Positions 1 through 14,090 of a stretch of 64,000 bases of DNA are shown in pieces; the stretch's first letter is position 1, and every line of letters begins with the position of its first letter. The notes beneath the pieces are model-generated. The model saw only the letters and a program-made list of their open reading frames with translations, was not told the DNA's origin and made no database searches. The DNA is taken from positions 1-64,000 of the forward strand of contig JBDOQK010000071.1 in the NCBI GenBank assembly GCA_040437565.1, in the 5' to 3' direction. The stretch is from Albugo candida. Taxonomy: Eukaryota. The position numbers were made by a program, and so were the translations under genes.

Positions 1-3000
1 TCCACACCAGTTTTCATCCTCGAACAAATTGATTGTCAGTAGAACGTTCGCTGGAGCAAGACTAATCAACTGACAATATATGTTAGCTTCGTCTCCTTTT
101 CATCTTTTTTCCAGTTGGAGCAAAGGATTTGCGTAGTCGTTCGCGTTTTATAGATTTTACAATCGTTTTAATTTCTACGATTACCAAAGTCCTCATGTGC
201 GCATCATTCAAAAAAAATAATGTTGATTTTTACATTCCGCTCATTTAGCATTTTTCGGTGGTTGATTGCGACTCTGTAGTCTTCAAGTGAACTAAGCAGT
301 TGATCGTACGCAGCATGATTGGGATCTTCAGTTTGTCTTCTAGGCACAATGAAGAATTGCATTCTGTACTTTTGCTCTTCCCATCGTGGTAAGACGGAAC
401 AAGACAAAGAAATGTGATACAGTGTAAGCTACGTTGTGTATCAGAGCTATTTATTGCGACATGCCAAGAAACCGCGCTCCAATTACCCGATCTCAGCTTT
501 GATTTTCTTGGTGCTGATGGGCACGTAGCCAGGAGCATGCAATGCGCCTATATCTCGCGCACAAGCATTGGTGCGCTTCGTGTATTGCTTTGTTGGAAGT
601 AGTTCATATATTTGATGATTTTGCATACATATATATTTTGTACGAAAATGGAACCAATAATGATCAACCGGTCGATACAAATTTCACGAGAATAGAGAAC
701 GCATCTGCAACTTTCATTTACCGCACACTCCGACCCCAATTTTAAACAAAAAGTAAAAAAAAGGTAATCGTATTTTTATAATATCAGCGACAATAATCTC
801 TCTTCCAATTTCTATGAATTTGTAAAGATCCAGATGGGATTCTCTCGTGGGATTTAAGTAAGTGGGCAAACAAATTTCCAGCAGCAGAAATAGTAAATGG
901 TTAGGTAACTGCCCTCGCAATTCGAATAACAAAGGAATTGAGATCCTTGAAGCAAATTCGATTTTAAACAAATTATCAAAACTGCTTTGAGCGCTCGTGA
1001 GCGAGTTACAACTACGGAGCGATACAAAGACCTAGCAACAGCAAATATTTCGCCAATTTTGAGCTGTAATGGATGCGTTGACCGGTATAGTGCGACTTAG
1101 TCCCCATCTACGGTGAGGTACGAGCAAATAGCATCACGCTATTCTGAGTCTAAGCAAATTGTAGTATAAACTGTATCATGAGAAGAGTAGTGATCGATCC
1201 TCGCATATTAGAAATGCGACTATTCAAGACGCTGAGGAGCTGTCTGCTCTATCCCTATTGAGTTTGGAGTGTTTGACGCAAGAAGTATCCTCCACTCACG
1301 TCTATCAAAATAGATTGTAGATCGTTATCATACTGCTTGTATGAGCCCAAAAAGTAGGCCACTGAGACAGTAACACTGACCGCATAAAGCGCTATAGGAA
1401 CGGAAATAAAAACCAGACATCCGTATTGTGTGCCTCAATTATTTTGATTTTGCACCGCTTTGACAGACAGAATTCGCCGGCTCTAACTCGTATGAAGAAG
1501 TTGACCAGGCTGCGACCTTTCTGAAGCTCATTCTTCCATCGATTCTCCCTAACATGCAAGTTAAGGAATAACTCTTTGACTGACGTAGGTCTTTTCTAGA
1601 GATTGATAACATCGTTATTACGAGTGCAACGTTGCCGCATTGCGAGTGATCGACGGAACTTTTTCCAAGATTACACGTGCTAGGATAGAGCTTCTACTTC
1701 GATAGAAGGGATTAAAAACGATACCATCCCGTGTATTCTACTAACATGCATAGTCAGACATCTATTGCTGCTAAGTGGAAGCCGTGAAGGCAACTCCGTT
1801 CCTTACGTCATCGTGTTGTGTCATCGCCACATTGAATTCTTTCATGATTGTAAGATGATGTGTGAGTCGACTAAAAGGCCCAATATGCCGCATGAGCGTT
1901 AAACCTGCTCACAAAAAAATCGACTCTTTAATCCGAAGCTCACCTGCTACTGAAAATCTTTTATCTGCAGCCAAACTGGTCGGTTATGACGATTTGCAGT
2001 TAAGGTGTATTCGTTTCAATTAGAACTCTTTCTTCTACCTTCATTTTCGTTAAAGCTAAAGATTCATTTATGAATGCAGACTTTAGAACGCTATATTTGC
2101 GTGCTTGAGATCTTCTCGTTTGTCGAGTACTCTTTTTCTAATAACGATCCTATCAACCTTATTACTATATTCCTACTTGTGTACGGGAAGCGCATTCTCA
2201 GTCTACAAAAGAGATAGATGCCTTTACAATCATTTTAGATACAACTTCTTGATCTGTTCCCTGTCTGAATGGTCTACCTCTCGTTGGATTGTGCCATCCT
2301 TGGATTACATTCAATTGAAAGCAACGTCTCCTATAATTACTTATCAGTACATGCTCCCTCTGCGCCTCGTTGGCAGAATCCCATACGAAACAGATTGCGC
2401 GGTAAACGTTTTACAGTTGGATACCCTCTTAATTTACACTCAGACTTCAGGAAGTTATCTAGCGTGTCGCATCGCACTTCCCTGTTTTGTGCTCACCTCA
2501 ATGAATTAAGGAACTTGAGAGACCATACAGCAATTAGCGAATTCTCAATCAACAAAAGAGCATAGAAAGAAAAAACAGTTATTCTGAAAATGATGACGTC
2601 AAATCAGTTCAGTGGAGAAACTTACCTTGGCTACAAAGAATAAGTGAAATACAACTTTCAATGATGCATCAGATCGCTCGGAGCATAAGCGTCGACTTAC
2701 TTGCCGAATGCTACAATGTATAACATGCATGCTACGAGTCCTTTCCTACGAACGCATATTGCAGAGTAAATTGAATGGTAGCGCATTATCTCATGACTCT
2801 GCCGTTCCAACCCGATAATTAACATTTTTCAGGTTCAGATGGTAAGATGTTGGAACAAGACAGATGTTTTACCTCTCGAAAGCCCTTTTTTGCCTCACGA
2901 ACATGCACTTTGGGCGACATGGATTTAGTTGAATGAGTCAGTTGATTTCCGTCGAGAAGAAAAGCTTGCATATGAGATAGCTTGCTTGATACAGAACAAG

Positions 3001-6000
3001 TAGTATCTTTCAACTTCGACCTATTTGACTCATCCCTGGAGGTAAAATAAGGTCACCTGATCGAAGAATGGCACTCAAAGTGATAGGAAGGGGGTCATAA
3101 CCTCGCCCGCGAACACTGCAGGGAATGTTTAATCTATTTATCTGCGTACCAAGAATAAGAAGACTTCCAAAAAAGTCACTTTCAATGTCTTCTTTTTGCA
3201 TCACAGAATGGACAATGTAAGGACATGATCGCACTAGTAGACTACTGGAGGTACGATAAACATCCTATTAACATTCTACAATATGCTCAATAAACTCTTG
3301 CTGTGCAGTCCGGGCAGGTTTCCTGGCATGTGGACTATGAATAAACATTTCGAAGCCGGTCAAAAAAGATACGCGTCGGTTTTTTTCTTAAAGGTAATTC
3401 CAGCTTTACTCGTGATCAATTATCATACTTTAATCACTCTGGATAGGCATCCATTCATTCCCTTTCTCCGTGTAAACAGCCCAGTTTTACTGCGGCCAGA
3501 TGATAACGAAAAAAAATTTCTCTGTCAAGTATATCTTCAACTTTCCCATACGGCTTAAGACGCACAGTATTTTTATCGACCTTGCTGTGGAAATTTATGT
3601 GAACATACAACGAAGCATCTAGAGATCGGCATCAGAAGTTCTTTTGCCGATTTTCACCCACCTTTGATTTGCGAGTCAGTGATTACTGCATGGATGCCAT
3701 ACCAAACTAAATGATCACACTGAGACCTTGATCGTCCACTTTCTTCAATAATGCTGTATAAACCCATTAAAAATCAAATATGCCGCTAAGTGAGACTCAA
3801 GTATCTATTGTGATCATGCACATTCATATCTGCACTGGATAGAAGCTTCTGTCAGTATTCCATACTATCCCAGACGAGATCAATTGACATAGAGTAAACC
3901 TCGTACAAGTATGCGAATATCTAATTAAGCATGGCTTTAGTCAAAATCAATATTGAGATCAGAAATACAAACAAGATTGTTGATATGCCGAATTGGGGTC
4001 TCTGACGCTGATTGACTTTTAATTTACAAAGCTTCTTCAGAAAAGTTGCTAAAGATGAGAGATGATTTCGCGTGATGTGACAAAGGGCTAAAACAGTACC
4101 GGAGCCACGACTGCCACTAACATTCACGATCTGAGAACCCATACCAATACCATTATGACGCGATGTGTCAATATTGGGATTTCATCGTCCGAGTAAAGGT
4201 AGCATCATTCTAGTAGCTGTAGTGTCATGCAAAAGGCAAATTTTGCGTGCTCCAACCGACGAGAGTGGGCAAGACATTTCGACTTTCTTTCGATTTGAAC
4301 GCAAAGCGCTGTATCCAGGATAAATTTGGGTATAAACTACACAGAATAAATCAGGAAGCAGAGATCGTTGGACCACAATGGCATCCTCGGGAGTGAGCAC
4401 CCTGAAATTATCGACAGTCGCGTCATCATTTACGCGTTATTCAATCCAGGATTCCCCGCTTCTTCGAAACTATAAATTCGGTGCATAAGAATCACTACAG
4501 CGAGCGTCGTAAGAGATATACGCTTGTGATTCCCATTTCCTACTTCTTTGTCCTACCAGTACTAGAATTGTGGTCGACGTCACGGCGGATCAAAACTTAT
4601 CGATACAAGTTGTATGGCTTATTGTCTTTGTTGGTAGAATGGATGTTAAACATCGGACCATCACTGCTTGAAAATGTATCGCCTTCTCACTTCGGAATAA
4701 CCTCTCTTAGAACGCCTGCAAAATGCCGCTTCTCTTGTCTACAAGTGAGACGTCTTGGTTGAAGGAAGCATTCAAAAAAGCCGAATGAGGCCATCCATGC
4801 TTGTAAAGGAGTGCGTTGTCTTGGGAGAATAAAGCATTCATGTACCTTGGCTCGAGCTTGGTAGAACTTGAGCGTTGGAAAAGCTGTGTATGGGGCGGAG
4901 AGAACAAATGAAAACAAAAAATACTAAACCAAATCGTGTCATGGAGTGTGCACAACAAGTCCCGAATCCTATCTTTACATCGGCGTGATTTTGGTTTGTG
5001 AAGATCTCGATCTTATTGTGAACGCCAAATATCAAACTCGATTCAAGACTATCAAATGCCAGTTGAGCCATTCGGACTCTGGTGTTTAGATATGCAATTC
5101 GGACCATCAATTTTTCAAATTGGGATACTTTTTCGATTGTCTCGGCTCTGAGAAGATCATGTAGGTTACTGGGCAACTCGCTTATTTTCACGTCGCCGTC
5201 GTATGTCTGAATATAATTCAAGTTATTGCGAAATCTCTCAGTGTGAGCTATAGCATCAATACAACCTCACTCTTTAGGATTCCTTTATCATGCGTCATCT
5301 CTAATGATAACAAGAACTCAAGTCGTTCTATTGTCATCTTTGACGTGGACATCAAATACTCAGATGACGGCAACCTTGGTGCTGAAGGTCGATCCTGTAC
5401 GCTTCGTCATTCTGAAATGTCGTAGGAATTTGTCGCGAAAAGGATAGGATATCCTGAACCTATTTCTCTACTTCATTTCTACCGCTTTCAAAAGGCTGTG
5501 AACGTCGAATTAGAATCTCATGCCTCGGTGTCTCCTCATTTTCTCGCTTCCATTTGTATGTCCTATCTAATGGGAATAGAATGCTTTGAAGTCTCCCATT
5601 GCACAATCTTCAAGAATATGGATGCTACTTCGGGCTCGAATACTAATCGCGATCCGTGCTGCTTTTCTACAAAGAGAGTAGCTGTACAGTCTCCTGAACT
5701 GATTATCTCTATTCCTACTTTCACTGATAAGACGCACGTCCACTTTCGGCAAAAGGCTGGGTACGAAAGGTATCCATCCACAGGTCTCAAAAAAGGATGA
5801 TAATTCAGCTTCATTTTTCCAACTGCCGTATAAGTCAAATGGTATCTGTGGTCGGCAAACGAGCGTCGACGAGAGGTTTAAGACTTTTCCACCACTAGTT
5901 AGTATTTAATTGTGGCGTTGACGGCCATAATAAGACTAAAACCTGCGGTTGAATACATCGGATCGGCTACCAACTAAAGAGACGCGTAAGACGCCTTTGT

Positions 6001-6500
6001 CTATTCCAAAGGTTGTCTCTTGCGGAAATGTCGACGTTCTTGAATGCGAACATGATTTTGTGTGAAAGCTGTTGTTATACGATCGCGGCCTATAGTCATC
6101 CAATTCCGATAATCTCTTATCATCCCGCTATTCCAACTCACCGTTCAATTTGAGAACTTCCATTTTTCGATGGAGTTGATCTCCTACTAAAAGCCTGGCA
6201 ACGAGGTGCCTAGCTAAGTCTAATACCGTTGCGGCGGACAGGAGCCTGACAAGTCTTTTTCATAACGCTTTCGCAGTCTTTTTGCAATATAATTCGTTTA
6301 TTGCGAGTTATCTAACTAGTGGATCCTTACTTCTGTTCCAAGCGCAATAACTTTTAGCATTCATGAGTTGTACCTTAAATGGTATTCTGACGATTCACAT
6401 GACTGATCATTGCGGGTATCCTACAGAAGAAACGTCAATGAGCACAATGTGGGAGAACATAGTGAAAATGCTTCAAATTACTGAGGATGAAAGCGTTTCT

Positions 6501-6839
6501 CTAGTTGCGGAAGCGGCACTGATTATAAGCAGAAAGTAAGCGAAGAAGAAACACAGAAAGTACTATATGAGTCAAACCTCTAAGTAAAGGAGCACAGCAA
6601 CCGGGCTCAGTGATGCCTTCTGTGCTGGTAAATCCATTTTCTGTATCTTCTGTTGCTTGCATCACTGCTTTCGCGGGTACCAGAGGCATTCCATCTTGAT
6701 TTTTATCACCAGGGAACCGCTGCGTATCAGGAGGTTGCATATTGTGTTGACTATCTTTTCCCGCGAAAAGCATCGATATTGATCCAAGCATGATGACACA
6801 CGCGAAAATTGGACGGTGTACGCTCGCTCTTGACTTCAT
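6501..6839 (-). CDS. Candidate small secreted or membrane-anchored orphan protein (112 aa)
   Basis: ATG at 6839 gives MKSRASVHRPIFACVIMLGSISMLFA (signal-peptide-like), a hydrophilic middle and a hydrophobic C-terminal stretch (LTHIVLSVFLLRLL). TCATTTGCAATTT just upstream (6847-6859, minus strand) resembles the oomycete Inr/FPR core promoter. No recognised homology. Confidence 0.3.
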   Translation of the reverse strand: MKSRASVHRPIFACVIMLGSISMLFAGKDSQHNMQPPDTQRFPGDKNQDGMPLVPAKAVMQATEDTENGFTSTEGITEPGCCAPLLRGLTHIVLSVFLLRLLSAYNQCRFRN

Positions 6840-9639
6840 CAGTTCTAAATTGCAAATGAAGTTTGTGTAAATATTGAAAAATGTCAAAAGTTGTACACTG
6901 ATGATTCGAAGTGGGATATATTATTTCGAATTGAGAGCGGAATTCTCAGCGATTCGTGGAAGCATTGGCTCTGTTTAATATGTCAAAATCAAGTTGAGTA
7001 TTTGCGCGATTGCTCTACGTAAAGTACAGAGCACATGGATTCGAATGCGCTTGCAGGCTTATGTGAAACGATGTAGAATCATTGTCTCTCTCGATGTATA
7101 AGCGAATTGGCTTACTAGGTAGAGTGGGCAAATTACTGAATGTGTGGCATAGGAGTGTGCATAGAACAGACTCTTATCAACTATCAAGTAAAAGAGCCAG
7201 TTGCTTACGCGATTTGAGCGTACATAAACATACGAAACAAATCAAGAGAATTCTCAACTCGTATCGACCAACTCGATCCCTCTGTGATGATTCGTGAACA
7301 AATTATTTGTTACGTAAGAAAGCACGAATCAAGCCGTCTGAAACATCGATACTCAAGATGCAGATGCTTGACAATTTGTCAAGCGGAATTGTGATGTCGT
7401 GTTGACGTGAGCTGTCTCCGACTTGTATACTGTCGATATTCAATATATTTACACATGGAAGTGAGTTATAGTAAGGACGATGCATAATGACAACCTCTAT
7501 TATTTCTGTAAACCAAGCTTTTAAATGACCTATTGACGTTATTGCGAGGCAAGTGTCGCCTCCATGGCAGCTTTAAGGACGGTACGCTATGCTAGCTACC
7601 AATTGCTCGCCACAAAATGTTCATTACAACAAGATTTGTCTACGTTGCTTCTCAATCATCCTAGGGATGATAGCGATAATAAATCGACCTCAAAAGCTGA
7701 TTAGAACCATGCTGTAGCAGCGAGGACGGCACCGCACACTAAATATAAAGCTTTAGCTCCTGGAAATAGGTTTTTTGATGAGATCAAATTGCTTTTGATG
7801 CATTGAGGCGTTCAAAGGATTTGTATATTACCCGTAACGCTATGCATGATCAATAATCCCCCTTAAAGATCTTTTGGGACACTTTCGTTAAGACAACGTA
7901 AATCATGCATTCACAAGGTATATGATGAGAGGCGTATTAGAAATTTTAGATGGCTTGATGAGTTTTAATCCAATTTCTCCGATAATGGGTGTACCATTCT
8001 TCTTTTCTCATGCTTTTTCGAGTCAAAGCACGATTTGTTGAAAGTGGAACATGTCGAAGAAATGATGACGAAGCCACATGGAAATGCGTGGACTACATAA
8101 CATTGTTGTATTGTAGCGAGGCGTTTCGTATTTAGCTGAAGAATAATAATAAATCAATCTACCACTTTCCTATTGGAACTAAAGACCGTGTTCTAGTTCT
8201 CTTCCCCGTGTCGTGTCTGTCGTAACAGCACCAGGGTTTAACACGAGTCAATACTCTGAATCGAGTTATCCGATATTGAAGCAACTATCTCAGACGTGAG
8301 GTTGCTCTATATCCAAGTACGATGTTTTAGCGCCATACTTTTATATGTGCATGCCGTAGAAACAATTAAATTGCAGCGGCCATTACACGGAAGAAACTTA
8401 CGCCGATTTGCATGAACAGCGCCCATTCCTCACTGAAAACTTGTTATCAAGAATTCCGAAAACAAAAGAATGTATTCGACGTATATCAAGTCCTTCACTA
8501 TGATATCGCTGATCTGATTGTAGAAACTGGGCATGCAATCACCAGATAAGCAACAACAATTCATACCCTGTTTGATTATCTTTTTGCATTTAAGGAGGTA
8601 TCCAGAATCGATATCATCAAGAAGCTGATGATCTTACACATCAAATTTTTCTCACCTGCAACACGGATTTCTGGACTACCTAAGCACTATTCTACCTTGA
8701 AGATTGTTTATTCTCCGCTTTCGGCAATCCTTTGTTCCTTTCTGTACTCACAACAAGGACCGTAATGATTTCGAGAATATACATCTATCTACGAGGATCT
8801 GTTTTGATCTTTGACTTCTGAACATATTATCATGAACGATATAACGGGGATATTGAAGCATAGGCGCTAGATCTATCATCTCAACGCAGGTCCATCGAGT
8901 ATAGAGCATGCGCGTTCACATCAGTACAGCTAAATTGATTGTAGAATTGATGTGTTGGAATGAGTCTGAATATAAGTAATAAAGCTTTCCGAGGCTTAAA
9001 GAATTATTCACGTCACACGCTCTGCTATGCTGATAATTTCGAATCCTCCAGTAGCCACACTCTTTCACTCAGACGTACATCAGCATTAAGATTCTTGACA
9101 AAGGCATAAGCAATTGACCTTCACATACTACTTTATAGAAGCAGTCCATCCGGAATGGGATTCACATTAGCAGTACTGCGGTAGGGTCAAAGGCGACCAT
9201 GGCAGCCATAAAATCCAGTAAAGATCTTCGTCAGAAGGCAACAATCCTATATTAATCATCGCTGATCAAAGGAAATTCTGAATCACTGCTTTTTGCGAAC
9301 CGCAAAGTGATAGGCATAGAGAAAAATAGTAGCGTATGGCCCTATTGGACTTTAGTGGAGCTGTGTCGTATGTTTCAAAGCGCAATTTTACACAATCACT
9401 TCTCTGGTGCAAGATCAGAGTAGCGCAATAACCTAAATAGAAGCCTTCTTTACATGCTACAAAATGAGCATGCTATTGTGTATAGAGGATGAATGGAGCT
9501 GAATAAAAATCTTTGTACGTACCCTTAGCAATTTAGCAGAAATGTATAATGTAAAAGCTTGTGCAACGCTATAAAAATTCCAGTTACATAGATGATGGAT
9601 GTATTTGTATATGAACAGCGACTCCGATAATGAGAATAG

Positions 9640-11156
9640 CGATGTTGAAAGATGGATAGTGGATAGTGGTAATCGTCGCAAATTTGGAGGAGTGGATTCT
9701 ATGCACACGTGGAAAGCAAAGGCGAATCTTCAACACTTTCCTATCAACAATGCAGTCGAAACAGGTCATATCGACTCGTATATGCAACTGACGAAGAGAC
9801 CTTTACAGAATGCGATACATAAGAGATAGGGTGGGTTGCAACTATGACGGTAGCCAGAAGAAAACGCCTCGCCATCAAAGAAACGAGTCCTTCCAACACT
9901 ATCACGATGTGAAAACACACTAAATCTCGAAGTTTGTAGGACGATGTACCGAAAAAAGCGTATTGTAAGGGATTATGCGAAATGGAGTCTTGTTCTGAAA
10001 GCAAAGGATAAGCAATACGACAGTAGCAGAATACAAAGTTGATATGCAAGAAGTAAGCTATTACGCGTCAATGAATACTCCCGTTCACGGCTTTGTGATG
10101 GAGCGTAATACTGCTCATACACTATCGCGATCACGTGCGTAAATGGTATGGGCAATGTGAAAGGATGGAAGCTGCTTGAAGTTTGTAAATTGTGACTGTA
10201 GTACTGATTTGTACAAGAATGACACTTCCCATTGAAACATCCGCTTAGTGGCGAGAGGCTCCAGTTGATTACGTTTCTCGCTGGACTACAATGGTTAAAA
10301 TGCTACAAGGTCAGTTATACTCTCCTTTCTCATGGCAACGAAGAACGACAAGAATCTCAACCAGATGTACAACGTCTGCTTGAAACGTTGCATTTTGTAT
10401 GGAGAAACTATTCCATCAGCAATCAATTCTACATCGACACTTTGGAGTCGCTAGTGGTGAAGCGCACTGCCCCTCTATTGGCATTAGTAAGATTCAACCA
10501 CAATGTGCGATCGATCGAAGCAGTGCGATTGATCGAAGCAGTGCGATCGAGAATCGATGCATAATAACTCAAGAGGACATACAAAACCTTTAAACATAAT
10601 CTCAAGCACGCATCACAATACACAAAAACGACTTTGTAAATTTCTCTGTGAGCCCAGGAATAACGAAGCGAGCGAGCCGAATACGACAGCAAGCCATTCA
10701 AAATGAACAACAGAAATCAAAGTAGATAACTGAAGACTCGACGTCAGGTGGCATATAACCGATCGATAGCAAATTAAGCGTCTCAACAAGAAAGCAACAC
10801 ATACTGAACCAATACGGCACGACAGACCAAAATGGGACCTTCCAGATGCAGTGAACGAGCACGACGAGATGTGTCTTTTCCGAAGTGATCGCAACGAAAT
10901 ATTTAGTAATTGTTCGGAAAGCGATGAAGAATGTGAAAGAGCAATGCAAACAACATTGCAGCAAGACTCGCAATCAATCATACAGATTAGCAAGTGCATT
11001 CGAAAGTGCCCATTGAGTATTTGCAGATCACCGCGAGGTGCCCGAACCGAAAGGAAGATTCAGGTACGTGTGGTGATGATTGAGCACATCTTCAACGTGA
11101 AGAGCATTCATTCAAAAGCTTTTGAAGCCACTATTTTGCAGGATGCTATAATTTGA
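9640..11156 (+). mobile_element. Highly decayed Copia-type pol remnant (tentative)
   Basis: WIVDSG (~9655) resembles the Copia protease WILDSG motif. LFHQQSILHRH (~10410) and EECERAMQ (~10930) fall in the order expected for integrase and the pre-RT WxxAM motif. Many stops; similarity is weak. Confidence 0.25.
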
Positions 11157-12160
11157 GCATCAGTGTAATAATCCTAATCATGATGAATGCAGTTCTTGAG
11201 CTAATTATATAGGATGAGATCGTTATCTCATTGGCAGCCACGGATCAGAGTCTACGATAACATGACGATGAGACAACTTTGCACATTTATGTTCACTTCC
11301 ATTAAAATATGATATTTACATTAGTTNNNNNNNNNNNNNNNNNNNNNNNNNNNNNNNNNNNNNNNNNNNNNNNNNNNNNNNNNNNNNNNNNNNNNNNNNN
11401 NNNNNNNNNNNNNNNNNNNNNNNNNNACAAAATCGCAAGCACGAATCACAATACACAAAAACGACTTTGTAATTTTCTCTGTGAGCCCAGGAACAACGAA
11501 GCGAGCGAGCCGAATACGACAGCAAGCCATTCAAGATGAATAACAGAAATCAAAGTAGATTACTGAAGACTCGACGTCAGGTGGCGTATTACCGATCGAT
11601 AGCAAATCAAGCGTCTCAACAAGAAAAGCAACACTCACTGAATCAATACGGCACGGCAGACCAAAATGAGACCATCCAGATGCAGTGAACGAGCACGCCG
11701 AGATGTGTCTTCTCCGAAGTGATCGCAACGAAAGATTCAGTAATTGTTCGGCAAGCGATGTAGAAAGTGAAAGAGCAATGCAAACAACATTGCAGCAAGA
11801 CTCGAAATCAATCATACAGATCAGCAAGTGCATTCGAAAGTGCCCATTGAGTATTTGTAGATCATCGCGAGGTGCCCGAACCGAAAGGAAGCTTCAGGTA
11901 CGTGTGGTGATGATTGAGCACATCTTCAACGTGAAGAGCATTCATTCAGAAGCTTTTAGAGCCATTATTTTGCAGGATGCTGTAATCTGAGCATCATTGT
12001 AATAATCATAATCATGATGAATGCAGTTGTTGAGCTAATTATATAGGATGAGATCGTTATCTCATTGGCAGCCACGGATCAGAGTCTACGATACCATGAC
12101 GATGAGACAACTTTGCACATTTATGTTCACTTCCATTAAAATATGATATTTACATTAGTT
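10594..12160 (+). repeat. Diverged ~733-bp direct duplication across a gap (10594-11326 / 11427-12160)
   Basis: The two copies align end to end with many substitutions and a 1-nt indel (aagaaagc vs aagaaaagc). Both retain a 101-codon ORF (10851, 11685). Confidence 0.9.
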
Positions 12161-12374
12161 GCTAAATCTTGCAAAATGGCCGCTTATGTATGCTACACTT
12201 TTAAGCATACTAGAGAGAAAGCTCTTCTAGTTTGTAGGACAGGCAAATGGTCTTTATCTACTTACTGCAGGCCAAGTTCTTCAAGCATTCTGGAGTGCTT
12301 GAGCCGTAGCTAAATGATGATGACGTCATCCTTACAAGTGGACTATCGCAAAAAACGTGCAGCGATTGTGTTCC

Positions 12375-12745
12375 TGTTGGATATTCAACATAACGGATGT
12401 GCAGATAAGATGCGGTAGTTTATAAAGGCTTCGATTAACTGTTAAGTGAACTAAGGACCTAATACATGTACTTCCGAATNNNNNNNNNNNNNNNNNNNNN
12501 NNNNNNNNNNNNNNNNNNNNNNNNNNNNNNNNNNNNNNNNNNNNNNNNNNNNNNNNNNNNNNNNNNNNNNNNNNNNNNNGTTTAAGTATGTTGAGGGGGA
12601 GTGTTGGATATTCAACATAACGGATGTGCAGATAAGATGCGGTAGTTTGTAAAGGCTTCGATTAACTGTTAAGTGAACTAAGGACCTAATACATGTACTT
12701 CCGAATTTAAGCTCCCTGGGTGTCGTTGATTACAGATCATCTACA
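12375..12745 (+). mobile_element. Copia-type LTR retrotransposon with its internal region hidden in gap 12480-12579
   Basis: Partial 5' LTR at 12375-12479 and complete 144-bp 3' LTR at 12602-12745 (TGTTGG...CTACA). PPT TTGAGGGGGAG at 12591-12601. 5-bp TSD GTTCC at 12370-12374 and 12746-12750. One mismatch between the LTRs over the shared part. Confidence 0.88.
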
Positions 12746-13409
12746 GTTCCGCATTCTCAAAGCCCTTTTTGGTGGCATTTCTGTACAACTTCTCAGTAGC
12801 ACTCCTACCTTTATAAAAATATAGTGTATCGATCTTGCTTTAATTGTGGCTCACATATTATTATAGCAACCAATTCATTTCACATGTTGTCAGCATCCTG
12901 CCTCCTTCAATTCGCCATTAACAACATAGGGGTAACATGTTCAAAGACATTGGATTCACTTCAAGGTTTTTTATAGACGAGAGTTTGCTAAATGAAATTG
13001 AAAACCTAACACGGCAGAAAAATACACGAAACAGTGTGGCCCTCTTCGCATCTGTACTATCAAATTGAACACATGCAATTCGAGTTTAATCCATTACAAC
13101 TCGGAGAAATAGTATCCAAAGAGAAAAGTTTTTGTGATAGCATAAACTTGAGATTCATCTAGGTGGACAACGACGGAAACCAAATTTCGATTTCGGTGAT
13201 AATATCTGAAATAATCAACGGCGTGTGCAATTTTGTATAAAAAGATGCATTATAATAGAAATCCACTTTCTAGCGTCAGACGTATGGAAGAATTCCGAGG
13301 TATCAAGTTATTGATGCTATTATATCACCAGATAATCGGCAAACTGTCATATGCGCAAGTACCACCCGCAGATTTGGCATCCACTCGAGTAATGTAATGG
13401 CATCATTTA

Positions 13410-14090
13410 ATGAAAAAACAAGCAGCCAGAGCGATGAAGAAGGTGGCGCGTTACTACTACGAAGAGCTTAATTATCAAGTGTCGGTGAAGGGTAAGGTCA
13501 GATTTTGTGATGTCGATGTACTTGTGAGCTTTGAGATTGTCTCCCCACCGCCTGCAGCACTTGTATTGATCAACTTTTTCAATGAGATTATGATTCCCTC
13601 ATTAGTAGTGAAACAAATGGAGACTGGCATGGTCGTAACAAGAAAAGCTGATGAGACGACGGAGCTCCTAGAGATGATGCCACGTATAGTATAACGAACC
13701 TATACAAAGATCAACAATTACACCCTACACCGACCAAATGTTCAGCCTGTCAATATTAAATTAGCGTACGAAAACACGCTGAAAGGCCCGTTCACGGTGA
13801 ATCCCGCTATGTTCAGTGGCGAATTCAATCCTAACTATAGTTCACTGAATGAAGTCTATCCTCTCAAAAATTCGGAAGCCGTCCTGTACATACGCACACT
13901 TAGGCCATGCTTCGTCTTCTCAGATAGAGAATTAGACTCCAACATCGTCAAGCGATGCCAATGGGCGTCATTGTGGCGGTTCAAAATTCGAGAGAACTTC
14001 CTTACTTTAACATCCACCAGCGTCCTAACAACCATGGAAAAAGCGTTGATCTAATGGCATCAAAAGATGTAATATGGCAGAGGAGGTATC
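13410..14090 (+). mobile_element. Decayed Copia RT/RNase H remnant (tentative)
   Basis: AMKKVARY resembles AKRVLRY, FCDVD resembles YSDAD, and MASKDVIW resembles AxKEAIW, in the expected order but spread across frames. Confidence 0.25.

Noticed and set aside
2105..2509. ORF with a hydrophobic N-terminus
   Set aside because: Starts at TTG with no ATG before the hydrophobic stretch, and has no recognisable motif.
4838..5838. Possible decayed CCG-type effector (FCRKWTCVLSVKVG)
   Set aside because: Cys spacing does not fit CxxCxxxxxG, there is no signal peptide, and there are many stops.
10505..10550. 18-bp tandem repeat (GTGCGATCGATCGAAGCA x2.5)
   Set aside because: Short slippage repeat with no spacers; not CRISPR-like.
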